Source: a virus. Taken from it: 64,000 bases of DNA. The number at the start of each line of letters is the position of its first letter. Position 1 is the stretch's first letter. The DNA is taken from positions 1-64,000 of the IMG/VR virus record IMGVR_UViG_3300009164_000001. The stretch is one strand, 5' to 3'. The notes beneath the pieces were generated by a model. It ran no database searches, had not been told where the DNA came from, and worked only from the letters and a program-made list of their open reading frames with translations. Shown here in pieces: positions 20,401 to 28,831 of the stretch. The position numbers and the translations under genes were made by a program.

Positions 20401-21988
20401 TTGACATGAAATCTGCTATAGGCTGTAGCACTGGTTTTAATTCTGCAGCTTTTTTTATTGCTGCATGCATAGATTCAAAAGTTTGTTTACCAGTAAATAC
20501 ACGTAGCATTTCTTGGTACACATCTTCTCTATTCATATAAGAACGTACCCCTAAAAGATTTGGTTCTATATTTCTGATAGTACTCAGCAATTCCTTAACC
20601 TTTCCCGTTAATCTTTTTGACGGAGATTCTTGTAAGGTAGTCATACTGTATATTTTCATAGTACCCTCATCAACTAACTTCATCTCTTCTTGAAGAGCAT
20701 CTAAATCTGCTGGGTCTAATTCATTGTTAGCATCTATATCAAAGCTGTCATCTTTATCTTCCTCTATATTTCCTTCAGCAGTAACTGTATTGTTAATCTT
20801 TATACCGGCCTCACGAAGTTTAATCTCTAAGAATGTTCTCCAACCTGTTTGTATTGAGTTTCCTGTAGCAGGATCGTACACATCATTCCACGTGGATGCT
20901 ACATTTTTGAATACATTTCGAAGAGTGATGTTCTCTTCCATCGTAAACTCTGCACCCACTTCTTCAAGTGCATTCCACATAGCAGCTTCTGCATCGTCAA
21001 GTGACTCTGGAGTAGCAGCATCCATTGCTGTCTCAGCTGCAAATAACTTGTTAGCTTCTGCAGCAGTGATAACACTCCCATCAGTTTTCTTGTACATCTG
21101 CATTTGAAACTGATCTACGATAGCACCGTTCTTTCCATCAACACCTAATTGCACTTGTGCACTAAATCTTCTTCCTAGATCTTTTTTAGTATCCATAAAG
21201 ATTGTGTAGATAGTATCTAACGATGCTTTAAACATTGCATCCCCCATTTCTGGACGGTACATGTAAGCTTTCTTTGGACCTTTAAATTTCTCTGGGTTTC
21301 TGAATACCCCTCTACCAAGAATAGAAGAATTCATTTTACCACTCTCAATTAAAGAGTATGCTTGACGAAGGCTAAGGTTGTTTGTAACTAATGCTTTGAA
21401 GAAGTTCCATAGATCTCTAAAGAACTTTCCAATTTTAGCAGGTAAACTTTTTTCAGTGTATCCTTCAGTTAGCACATAGTCTTTAAAGTCATCAGCCATT
21501 TTCTCTTCCAAAGCAGCTTTACGTGCTTCTTCATCAGAGATTTCTGGGAATGTTCTTTTGATGTATCGAATCTCTCCTGCAGTCGGTTCTCCAAATCTTG
21601 TAGCAGCTTCTGCATACAATTGCTCTCTTTGACTTTCAGACAACATAGTTCTGAATGACAAGTGATAAGCTTCGTGAAATTCTGTCCCAATATCAGAGTT
21701 AGTCCACATATGAACTACTGCATTCTCTACATAACCATGCACTTCTTCTGACCCAATTTTTTCAACAGTATCAAAAAGATTTGCTTCTATCCCTCTTGAA
21801 GTAAGCCAAGCTTTTTTTTGGTCTGGACTTAACAAAGTATCTATTGCAGAACCTTTAAGTTTATTTCCATAATAAAATCCTGGAACTGTACCACGAAACT
21901 TATCCCATAATTTATGAGCAATAGCATCACCTTGAACAGCTGCAAGATCCTTGTATTCTTTTGAATTAATATTGGGGCAAAAAGCCAT
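14495..21988 (-). CDS. virion-packaged two-barrel DNA-dependent RNA polymerase (crAss-like, single chain) with N-terminal zincin domain
   Basis: 2497 aa; YRTP and GSDHDVDK (DxDxD, 16820-16834); KR...TPG, TDAQ, SAAVD motifs; N-terminal FHEAYH...LEEKMAD zincin. Confidence 0.88.
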   Translation of the reverse strand: MAFCPNINSKEYKDLAAVQGDAIAHKLWDKFRGTVPGFYYGNKLKGSAIDTLLSPDQKKAWLTSRGIEANLFDTVEKIGSEEVHGYVENAVVHMWTNSDIGTEFHEAYHLSFRTMLSESQREQLYAEAATRFGEPTAGEIRYIKRTFPEISDEEARKAALEEKMADDFKDYVLTEGYTEKSLPAKIGKFFRDLWNFFKALVTNNLSLRQAYSLIESGKMNSSILGRGVFRNPEKFKGPKKAYMYRPEMGDAMFKASLDTIYTIFMDTKKDLGRRFSAQVQLGVDGKNGAIVDQFQMQMYKKTDGSVITAAEANKLFAAETAMDAATPESLDDAEAAMWNALEEVGAEFTMEENITLRNVFKNVASTWNDVYDPATGNSIQTGWRTFLEIKLREAGIKINNTVTAEGNIEEDKDDSFDIDANNELDPADLDALQEEMKLVDEGTMKIYSMTTLQESPSKRLTGKVKELLSTIRNIEPNLLGVRSYMNREDVYQEMLRVFTGKQTFESMHAAIKKAAELKPVLQPIADFMSKLDDRDCAMLYTAFALVNTEFIMIKDRIEGNKRFADVINPNRKDVVAGTIDRWKTQLIRDNNENPRALYQRKPVLDAAGKPTINSDGSPVTYLEADREKILAAAAIVRDLEKGLNKSDPRTFVVQTSDGSINETVEKVAELMWALGMHIGTDSSNIAETKWALQSLINVGVGIKSPNGLVRNYNGTGLLKLLAADLTKVLKLSAKFTPSRQSTVEQLETITPTADYISLNKALVTGIVNYFTPMLNTIGESFVNSKGKAMYPSNLASNMNDIVNTLSDGSAESVELYKEYMSDPFINGGNNPKFASVLFRYLKTPGFLKDFKVVDFDAAKSGDKVDDAMSYEDFSKLDNLVVRINAFINNDPRSETCFIAVPVQSDRNKYSFIEVPRVLVNPYGIDNSEADLIKAQIVQDLLRVSAAKQVVHTAITTKNYSTLLEGVHTEPGNPTKEGILKDNKYLGNAFNEDYFQFTAKDADGLTIVTDEVIKEDSVAYNGVQQLSDKINDYVAGKLTPAETIDIDARLAKMTLKMSEYFTKQAEAATVALKDSKKIGSLGVGAINFSQEKGALETTMRGFIVTEALMRNEIVKMFRGSRANHKNLENFYKRMGHLTTPGTRLALQGELSNARTFIKGELYGMIKEFNEVTMRDLHLDLTPALTAQGHAACDNIARGLINNELSKLGPTVNKYRVTFEYNATATETEPAVKISGKNITINAANSKGRVSSAKINTEIAALLPATTRVFEKSLAIADAYRPGAFESTDAQAFISLDMHRYISMGEGKWGTEEEEAYKAYKKTGKFVYQKGFLPKGYKEGEAVPVTPHKPYYEDVHYDKENNMMSTTSEKNSYTVLLKEYTKDFPHLEDIRSRMELDGQYAGQGLQPLHVLNHVSGKKVAKRGVYQHTGNIGELSNMVINKNNSKKLRFPQNIGEMKPDPKVIISRQLKKNMIANVADGTIYDLNAGLGSQVSLTGSAMKKLYHAAIEEKLRRDTNAVEEELGIDKLREATALGDIDNLKKVKLEVLQKVRDILLKQIDESDLPSNYSDAIKISFDETGMPRFSIPLDLPIYNKKYESIIMSLVNNKVFNQKAKGYDAVQIAQIGGHRVDNALNFTQISEDGKRVIHAEIMIREDLARQFGIEPGESLDDVPEELRRIIGYRTPNADKSATIILKIAKFLPANYQKGIVVPGQLIKLMGSDHDVDKLTLLFPEVEKVEPTPDYPYSIRKVIPNYKTLAKNVAALSNEKLVTPEMLNNIIFDTVEAVYSNPAHFNEVFAPLDDKTLPNEAARVRKVKPELGMATDWNAWDTEANTIVRSIKGNKLRGIYANMLSGRNVASHGNIAINKSHAIKIIDDSGNITEYINYVKEAQGIPTDRSTSLFLSAAVDASNVPIHTELNDNMLTSRVRALFLGFFPEYSSKTCTNFLNQPIIRELIDVFETKHGGDLRKLTKSIDFIKTKYNLNNLIPKGEGINLAQSLPMKASELANIAGSKAATQQAGFNFIEGRDMAEQAIFLHNFEFFSKAGRSLMNMYKRITPDSMDGMNRIGSIQGYQDKQAEFDEDYDTEDGKVNKEVLFFDSMSPGRNVVDQYIGENSIYGFERGYEKLLRDGLELAGMYFPIRTSNAFNNFKENLKRASGRNDVNAEMHQLIDYNLMFMMLMRPGSPFFANTTYGDLYDSPSNNIGERMLKLRAKHPALASAPFIANLELDVNAQAGYYGIKFDNSVTPTRSAKEAYTNNLRTMLYNPVAYVSAPLEQKFLGPDGKYSPEIQSQVNQIKRLGRDLVMHTFITNGFRQSADSYSDLVPSEFFTTPMEVEGSDKKVTISEFMYNEREKLADGNYFDAKDLVRYMTMFGKMRAAGQGMLSTVPSDELKPDMATIITSKEIHKPFVIVRNQDAKTSAVYQRIPNDSREVSMYTALAGSFAARGATKLYGTGISYVLKNDVPTNLVSYITSGRNAVWEAGVNNIGNEDGTMSCFI

Positions 21989-21998
21989 AGTTGATTAT

Positions 21999-24900
21999 TT
22001 ATTTTGGGTTACAAATTTCTTGTATGTTCTCTCCAGAGGTATCTAAATTAGATATCATGCTCTCTAAGGATTGATTTCCCATTGCAGCTAGCATGTCATC
22101 TGGTAAAGCACTCATATCTACTGCCCCACCTCCCATTGAAACTACTTTCATTCCTCCAGTTGTAGTTTGTGAAGTTACAACATTTTTCTTACTTCCAAAG
22201 AATGCAGAGTTTGTTTTTGGAGCCACAAGCCCATCAGTGCTTGCTACTACTGGTGTAGCTGCAGGTGGCCCAGGTACAGTTGGTGTAACAGGAGCTGCAG
22301 GTGTAGTTGGAGCAGGTGCTGATGGAGTTGACGGAGCTGCAGGACCTTGAGGGCCTGAACCTTTAATCATTCCTTCAACTCTTGGTGCATACGATACAGG
22401 AATTCCAGGTCTATTAAATAAAGATGTAATATTTCCATCTGCATCATAATTTATTTCAAAAGGCATAATGCCTAATTTTTTAACACTAAGTCCAAGCATC
22501 TTATTAAATAAATAAGCATACCCAGAGACTTGAAGCTGATGTTTTTCTTTTTTGCTAAGTTGCCCTGGAGCAAAAGATCGAGAATAGCTTTCCCAACTTT
22601 TTAACTTGCTAGTTTTAACATCGTAGATCATGTAGTTACCATCTTTGTCGACAGCTAAGATGTCAATCTCTCCTGCTACTTTAGAAACTTTATCATAGAC
22701 TACAAGATTTCTAGTTATATATCTTCCACCTACAGCATCTAATTCTTTCTTGATTTTGTTAAGCTTTGTCATAAGCATATTAAATGCTCCTTCAGAGATC
22801 CCCTCAGGTCTTGTAGTATCACCTTCATCAAAGAATCTTTTAACAATTTCGTCCACAGTGTTTCCAGCAACTCTGCTATTTTCGTATAAAGCAGGGTCTC
22901 CAGTAAAATCATCAGGAAGAACATTAGTCATACGTTTGTATAACTCTCCATCAATGATGTAGAATTGCTCGTCTGCTGTTTTACCTTCTACAAGCTTTTG
23001 AGATTCTGCTAGTAAAGTCTCAATGTCAACTGCATTACTAGGGGCTGCTGGAACTACTGGAGTTGCGGCCGGAGTAGAAGAAGTTTTAGGGAGTGCAGTA
23101 GTTACTACAGAGTTTGCAGCAACGTCAGCAGCTTTTTCAGCTGTAGCTCCTTTAACACCTACTGGGCCAAACTTCATATTAACATCATGGAATACAGATC
23201 CGTTTGCATTTGGAACTGTATCTACTGCTAAGATTGAATTGTGTCCCACTCCTTCTGTTCTAGCTTCTCCTGCAAATTGAGCAGAGTCAGAAAGGTACTG
23301 CATGTAAGGATGAGTCTTTCCGTCTTCGTAAGGATAAACAGTTCCATCAATTGGGCTAGTGAATGGCTCGTTAACTCCAAATTTAAATTTATCTACTTGA
23401 TATTTTTTAGACATCGTAGCCTCTTTAAATTCATCACCAACGTTGTTTTCTACAACTCCATAATCTGCAGGTTCTTTTTTAACAGCTGTGAATTTGATAA
23501 ATCCTTGGTCGTTGACTTCAGATTCTATGAAACTAAATTTAGGCCTGCTTCCATTTAAAGCTGCCTTCATTTCACTAGCATTTATTTTTATAAGGCTATT
23601 TGCAGATTTAGAATAGAATATAAATATTGTTTGCCCATCTTCTAACTGGTATGTAGATATAAATTTAGTTAAACTATCAGGACGTTTAAGTTCTTCTGCA
23701 AGAGACTTATCTGTTATAGCTACTTCATCAGACTCTGATTTAGCTTCTACCTCAAGTAAGTTACAACCTACAATCTGGCCGTACTTATATGCCTCAGGAA
23801 TTTCTTTGGTGATGTGGTTAAGTGCAGCTGTTGCTCCTCTTGTATCCATATCTTTTGTACTGGCCATAACCATTACAGGAGTACCATCTGGAGACTCAAC
23901 TAATACAGCAATTTGTCCTGGAGTAACTCCGGTTGATTCTGGGTCGGCCGGATCACGAGGGAATGGACGAGACCCAGTTGCAATAACTTCTGCATTACCT
24001 TCTTCAGAATCATGCATTACTTTCCAAACTAAATCACCATTCTCACTACCTACATAGAATAATGTTGGAGTAGGCTGCTTTGTGATCTTAGTCACAGGGT
24101 AGAAGAACACTTTTCCAGAAGAAGTTCTAGCATTACTTATCTCAGAAGTATCATTGAACTTTTCCATTACACTTACTGTAGGAGTAAACCCATCTAAGAA
24201 GTGCTGTACAATTTCACGACGTTTGTTTCCTTTAAATCCTTCTGGACTATCTTCTTTATATGCAGCCAATAATTGAAGACGTGTACCATCAGGAAGAGCT
24301 GCATAGATTGGAACGTTTTTCCAACCAACAGTCATCATCCACTCTTTAAACTTTTCTGGGTCAGTAGCTGTATCACTTACTTCTGCTTCATTAGGAATCT
24401 GGCTTTTAAACCAGTCAGTATCTATTGCTACAATTAAATCTAACGTAGTTCCAACTGGGACCATTTCTGAACTAGTCAAATGTTCTGGGAACATTAGCAC
24501 AGTAGAACCTTCAATTGTTTGCCCCATTTGACCACGTAGAGCTGGGTCATAGCCTGGCATATCTTTTTTAGGGGCTTCAGTTCTAGTCTGGCCATTAAGG
24601 TCTACTAAAACTTTTCCATTCTTTTTAACAACGGTTCCTTTTGCTAATTGAATATCATTAGCTTCTCCAGACACAACTGCTTTTGGGGCACCTGGATCCT
24701 CAGTAGGGGCTTCAAATACAGGATCACCTGCACCCATTCTTAGGACATCTTCAGCAAGTAAAGCTTCTTCTTTAGCTTTTCTTATAGCTTCGGCTTCTTC
24801 ATTGGTGATGGAGCCATCCATCCCTTCCGACGTAAGTCCTGCTGCAGGGTCGATATCCGCTGCTTGAGGCTCTTGCCCTTCAGGAGTAGAGCTAGGTCCT

Positions 24901-27900
24901 GCGGTACTGTCACCGTTTTGATTACGTTTCTCAAGTTCTCTTTGCTCATTGACTTCGTTTATTATGTTTTGTTGTCTTGTTATCTGTCCTTTCTTAGCAG
25001 AAATTTTTCTATCAGTAGCTAATTTAGAGTTTTTTGCAGCATCTACATCTTGTTCTCCATAAACACCGTCAATAATTTTTTGGTACTCATTGGATAAGTC
25101 TTCAAGCCTAGCTTTTTCTTTAGTTAATTCTTGAATTTTTGCATCAGCTGTAGCAATAATAGTGTTATATTCTATTTCTGTAGGAGATAATTCAATTTCC
25201 TCTTTAGCATCTAATCCTGCTTTTTCAGCAGCTTTCATTTTGCCTAGAACTTTGATCTTCTTTTTAAGAAGGTCATTCATTCTTTTTCTAAGTTCTAATA
25301 ACTGTGCAACTTGTGCATCAGCTTTAAACTCTTTCATGCTAAAGCCGGCCTCAAGTGCAACAGCTCTTTCCATTGCAAGAACCTCATCAAGTTCTTGAAG
25401 ATCTTGTTTGATTAACTCTACTTGATATCGAAGTTCATCCATGCTCAGACCTGCCGTCTTTGACATGTCTTTCATTTCTTTTTGCAGAGTATCTTCTTTA
25501 GCTAAGATTTCTTCAGTATCAGTGATTAAGTTTTCAGCTATTACAGCAATGTTTTCTTTAGACTCTTCTAAGGTAGTAGTATCAGTCTCTGATATTGGAC
25601 GAATCTTAGAAGCTTGCAATAAAAGATTGTATGCAAGTAATGTAGCAATTGCTGTTTCTCTTTCTATAGCAGCATTAGTTGCATCGGCCTGAGCTTCAGC
25701 TGCAATTTGAGCAGCCTCTCCAGGTTTCATTACTACTCCAGTTGACAGCTGAGTCTCTTGATAATCCTGTGGATTAACGTTAGCTACAGGGACAGTTGCT
25801 TCTTGTATTTTCCAAGTAACTTCATTTCCAGTTTGCCAGTCAGTAAGTTTTACTCCTACTACTTCTCCAGCATCATCTAGAATTAAAGCTTCTACTGGGT
25901 CAGCACTCTCCATGTAGTATTGCCTTCCATCAATATTAAATTGAGTTCCGTTTGGAGAAACCATTATCTCATCCAACAGAGTTTGCTCCATTTCAGACAG
26001 ATTGACAAGTCCTGCACTTTCCCCTCCAACAGTTTTAAATTCTTTTTCAGATTTAAGTTGATCGGGAGTAAGTCCTTTTTTTCTAGCTTCTTCAGTTTTA
26101 GCCTCCATTGCTTTCATCAATGCCGATTGAGACATTGCATCTAAGCTTTCCATGTCAATAGTTTTTAGATCTTCTAAATCCATTGTCATGTACTGAGCAA
26201 TCTTAGCTTTTTCTTCAGTTTCAAGTTGAGCACGTCTCTCTAAAGCAGCAGCTTTAACTTCTGGAGAAGCATCTGGATCCACAGCATCTGTAAGATCGTC
26301 TGCAGTTTCTGCTCCTGCAATTGCTTGTTTAGCTCTATCTTCTGCAGCTCTCTTCTGTTCTTGTTCCTGCAAAGCCATTTGAGCTTCTACGTACAAATCC
26401 ATTTGTTCTGGATTACGAGACAAGTTTTTAAATGCCTCTGAAAGACCTGCACGTTTGATTGACAGGTCACGAAGGTGAAGTAATTCAGCTTTAAACTCAT
26501 CAGCAGTTGCTACATCTAGTTCTGATTTAGCAGCATAGATTTCGTTAAGTTGTTTACCAAGATCCTCTTTAGGTTTAGCAGAAGCTGTTGTTTTAAATGA
26601 TGGATTACCATTTGAATCAAGTTCTACTCCCCCAACTTTGATCTGGAACTTCACTTCATCTGGATCTAGTTTTGCTAGAGCTGGAGCAAGCTGTACAAGT
26701 CTATCATATTGCTCGTCAATTCTACTATCAATAGTATCAATGTCAAGAAGATTGTGAGTTAAGATTTGTCCGTAAGTTCTACGTACAGCATCTTGAATCA
26801 GTTTGTTCTTTTTAGTTTCTTCTGTTTGAAGCCCTTCTTTAATCTTAGCCACTAGTGATGTACCAGGGTTAAACTGTGAAAGGATGTTGTGCACCTGCTC
26901 TGAACGTTTGATAGCAGATTGCATTTTAGTTTTTGTGTCCTCAATGATTTGCATCTGAGTTTTACCAGTCTGCTGCTCAAGAGTACGATTCATGTCATAA
27001 CCAAAAGCTTGCTTGAATTCTTTTTCCTCCATTGCAGCAGCATCATCAAACTGCTCCATTGCATAATCGATTGCCCCTAACCCATTCATCTTAGCAAAGA
27101 CTCCATGGATTAATCTCATACGAGCTGTTTCAGCTTTTAAATCGTTTTGACGTCTTTCAGCTTTTGTAATTCCTTCTCTTTCATTGTCAAGATTAGCATC
27201 ATTAATGTCTTTGATAAATGCTAAGTTCTCAGCACTTTGCTCTGCATTCTCGATAATTTTCTTAATAGCCCCTGAGTTAAGCATTTTTATAGCTTCAGTA
27301 GTATTAAGTCCTTTTTGAGCAAGAAGTTTTTTCTCAGCTCCCATAAGACGACTTACTGCTCCGGTACCACCTCCGACTAATGCTCCAATCAATATGTTCT
27401 CTAAACCTTCTTTAGTCCCTATAGTCGATGACAATGCTTTGCTCATTGCAGAAGCCATGTCTCCTGTACCATCGTTAAATTTTTCTCCGTAGTAGTTACG
27501 TGCATATTGAGACCCAGCAAACTGGCTGGCCTCTTGGAAACCTTCTTCAGCAGAAGTTTTAAGTACAGGCCCAAATGTTTTTTGTGCTCTACCATAAGCT
27601 TTTCCAAACTTAGAGCTTGCAGCTTTTTCAACCCATTCTTCCCCTGCAGTTAACCCTTTCTTCTCAATGTCGTACATTGTTTTTTCCCCAACACGGGCAC
27701 CCTGCATTGCTTTACCAAACATCAATAAGTTTGTAGCAGTTAAAAGAGGAAGGTTAATAGCAAACGTAGTATTACCTACAGCATTAGCACTTTGCAAAAT
27801 ACCGTCTTCTACATCTTTTGGCATAACCTGACCGGGGTTTTGCTCTTCCCACTCTGCTTTACGTTCTTCAATAAATGAGTTTTTAGCTTCACGAGCTTCA

Positions 27901-28817
27901 ACAGAAGATTCAGCTAATGACATTTGAGTTCCAACTGCTAGGTGTTTTGTAGCAGTTTTAATTTTAGCATATCTATCTAAAGCTTCTAACCCTTTACCAG
28001 CTGATTTAGCATCTTCTACTCCTTTGATAGTTTGGTATAAAATCTTTTCTTTACTACCTGCTTTAGCTGCATTACCTGCAACTTTTGCTAAGTCGTCGGC
28101 CACATTAAGTATGTCACCTGCAGCATCTGCAATTTTGGCTCCTTGTGCACCTTTTGCAACAAGTGAACCTAACTTAGCAGATAGTCCTAATTCTCCAACA
28201 CCAAGCCACATTGTAGCAATAGATCCAAGAGTATATCCTAAACCTCCTGCAAATTTATCTGCCCAGAAGTTAGCTGTAGCAAGATTAGATCCTAGACTTC
28301 CGTTTACCTCTGCTTTGGTATAATAGTTTGGGAGAGCTGATTGAGCCCATGTGTTCATCTCATCAACTTGTCTTCCAACAAAGTTGTCGTAGTATGAGCC
28401 ACCAGTCATCATAGAACCAACACCTGCTAATACCCCTACTGTATTTTCATACACAGAACCTAATGTAGTAAGACCTGCTTTAGTCAAACCATTCATCCAC
28501 TTTTGAGCAGTTCCTTGGTTCTGAGCACGTTCTTCATTCCAGTCGTTGAATGGATTTAATGCAACATTGTATGCTGCATATTTTCCAATAGGGTCAGTGT
28601 AGACATTAGTTAAGTCTACAGCTTGGCCACCAATATCTAAAGGACTATAGTTATTGTACTTAGGGGCTTTGTTTTCAAGTTTAGCCCTACCTCCAGACAA
28701 TGATTCAAAAGCACCTTTTATAGGGTCCCCATCAGGTTTACTTTTATTTACAAAAGATTCTTTTGGTTTTCCTGACAGGTTAGTAAAAGCATTGAGGATT
28801 GCGTCTGATTCAGCCAT
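21999..28817 (-). CDS. giant virion (ejected) protein with N-terminal membrane-like helices and C-terminal PD-(D/E)XK nuclease domain
   Basis: 2272 aa; Gly-rich hydrophobic N-terminal segments, long coiled coils, AGEIDIL...YDVKTS...QVSGYA motif. Confidence 0.75.
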   Translation of the reverse strand: MAESDAILNAFTNLSGKPKESFVNKSKPDGDPIKGAFESLSGGRAKLENKAPKYNNYSPLDIGGQAVDLTNVYTDPIGKYAAYNVALNPFNDWNEERAQNQGTAQKWMNGLTKAGLTTLGSVYENTVGVLAGVGSMMTGGSYYDNFVGRQVDEMNTWAQSALPNYYTKAEVNGSLGSNLATANFWADKFAGGLGYTLGSIATMWLGVGELGLSAKLGSLVAKGAQGAKIADAAGDILNVADDLAKVAGNAAKAGSKEKILYQTIKGVEDAKSAGKGLEALDRYAKIKTATKHLAVGTQMSLAESSVEAREAKNSFIEERKAEWEEQNPGQVMPKDVEDGILQSANAVGNTTFAINLPLLTATNLLMFGKAMQGARVGEKTMYDIEKKGLTAGEEWVEKAASSKFGKAYGRAQKTFGPVLKTSAEEGFQEASQFAGSQYARNYYGEKFNDGTGDMASAMSKALSSTIGTKEGLENILIGALVGGGTGAVSRLMGAEKKLLAQKGLNTTEAIKMLNSGAIKKIIENAEQSAENLAFIKDINDANLDNEREGITKAERRQNDLKAETARMRLIHGVFAKMNGLGAIDYAMEQFDDAAAMEEKEFKQAFGYDMNRTLEQQTGKTQMQIIEDTKTKMQSAIKRSEQVHNILSQFNPGTSLVAKIKEGLQTEETKKNKLIQDAVRRTYGQILTHNLLDIDTIDSRIDEQYDRLVQLAPALAKLDPDEVKFQIKVGGVELDSNGNPSFKTTASAKPKEDLGKQLNEIYAAKSELDVATADEFKAELLHLRDLSIKRAGLSEAFKNLSRNPEQMDLYVEAQMALQEQEQKRAAEDRAKQAIAGAETADDLTDAVDPDASPEVKAAALERRAQLETEEKAKIAQYMTMDLEDLKTIDMESLDAMSQSALMKAMEAKTEEARKKGLTPDQLKSEKEFKTVGGESAGLVNLSEMEQTLLDEIMVSPNGTQFNIDGRQYYMESADPVEALILDDAGEVVGVKLTDWQTGNEVTWKIQEATVPVANVNPQDYQETQLSTGVVMKPGEAAQIAAEAQADATNAAIERETAIATLLAYNLLLQASKIRPISETDTTTLEESKENIAVIAENLITDTEEILAKEDTLQKEMKDMSKTAGLSMDELRYQVELIKQDLQELDEVLAMERAVALEAGFSMKEFKADAQVAQLLELRKRMNDLLKKKIKVLGKMKAAEKAGLDAKEEIELSPTEIEYNTIIATADAKIQELTKEKARLEDLSNEYQKIIDGVYGEQDVDAAKNSKLATDRKISAKKGQITRQQNIINEVNEQRELEKRNQNGDSTAGPSSTPEGQEPQAADIDPAAGLTSEGMDGSITNEEAEAIRKAKEEALLAEDVLRMGAGDPVFEAPTEDPGAPKAVVSGEANDIQLAKGTVVKKNGKVLVDLNGQTRTEAPKKDMPGYDPALRGQMGQTIEGSTVLMFPEHLTSSEMVPVGTTLDLIVAIDTDWFKSQIPNEAEVSDTATDPEKFKEWMMTVGWKNVPIYAALPDGTRLQLLAAYKEDSPEGFKGNKRREIVQHFLDGFTPTVSVMEKFNDTSEISNARTSSGKVFFYPVTKITKQPTPTLFYVGSENGDLVWKVMHDSEEGNAEVIATGSRPFPRDPADPESTGVTPGQIAVLVESPDGTPVMVMASTKDMDTRGATAALNHITKEIPEAYKYGQIVGCNLLEVEAKSESDEVAITDKSLAEELKRPDSLTKFISTYQLEDGQTIFIFYSKSANSLIKINASEMKAALNGSRPKFSFIESEVNDQGFIKFTAVKKEPADYGVVENNVGDEFKEATMSKKYQVDKFKFGVNEPFTSPIDGTVYPYEDGKTHPYMQYLSDSAQFAGEARTEGVGHNSILAVDTVPNANGSVFHDVNMKFGPVGVKGATAEKAADVAANSVVTTALPKTSSTPAATPVVPAAPSNAVDIETLLAESQKLVEGKTADEQFYIIDGELYKRMTNVLPDDFTGDPALYENSRVAGNTVDEIVKRFFDEGDTTRPEGISEGAFNMLMTKLNKIKKELDAVGGRYITRNLVVYDKVSKVAGEIDILAVDKDGNYMIYDVKTSKLKSWESYSRSFAPGQLSKKEKHQLQVSGYAYLFNKMLGLSVKKLGIMPFEINYDADGNITSLFNRPGIPVSYAPRVEGMIKGSGPQGPAAPSTPSAPAPTTPAAPVTPTVPGPPAATPVVASTDGLVAPKTNSAFFGSKKNVVTSQTTTGGMKVVSMGGGAVDMSALPDDMLAAMGNQSLESMISNLDTSGENIQEICNPK

Positions 28818-28823
28818 ATTCTA

Positions 28824-28831
28824 CAAAGATA
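28824..28831 (-). promoter_or_regulatory. Bacteroidota -7 element TATCTTTG
   Basis: TAnnTTTG 6 nt upstream of the ATG at 28817. Confidence 0.6.

Noticed and set aside
22380-22970. Cas4-like domain as part of a CRISPR system
   Set aside because: No repeat-spacer array or other cas genes, and no Fe-S cluster cysteines; treated as a generic PD-(D/E)XK domain
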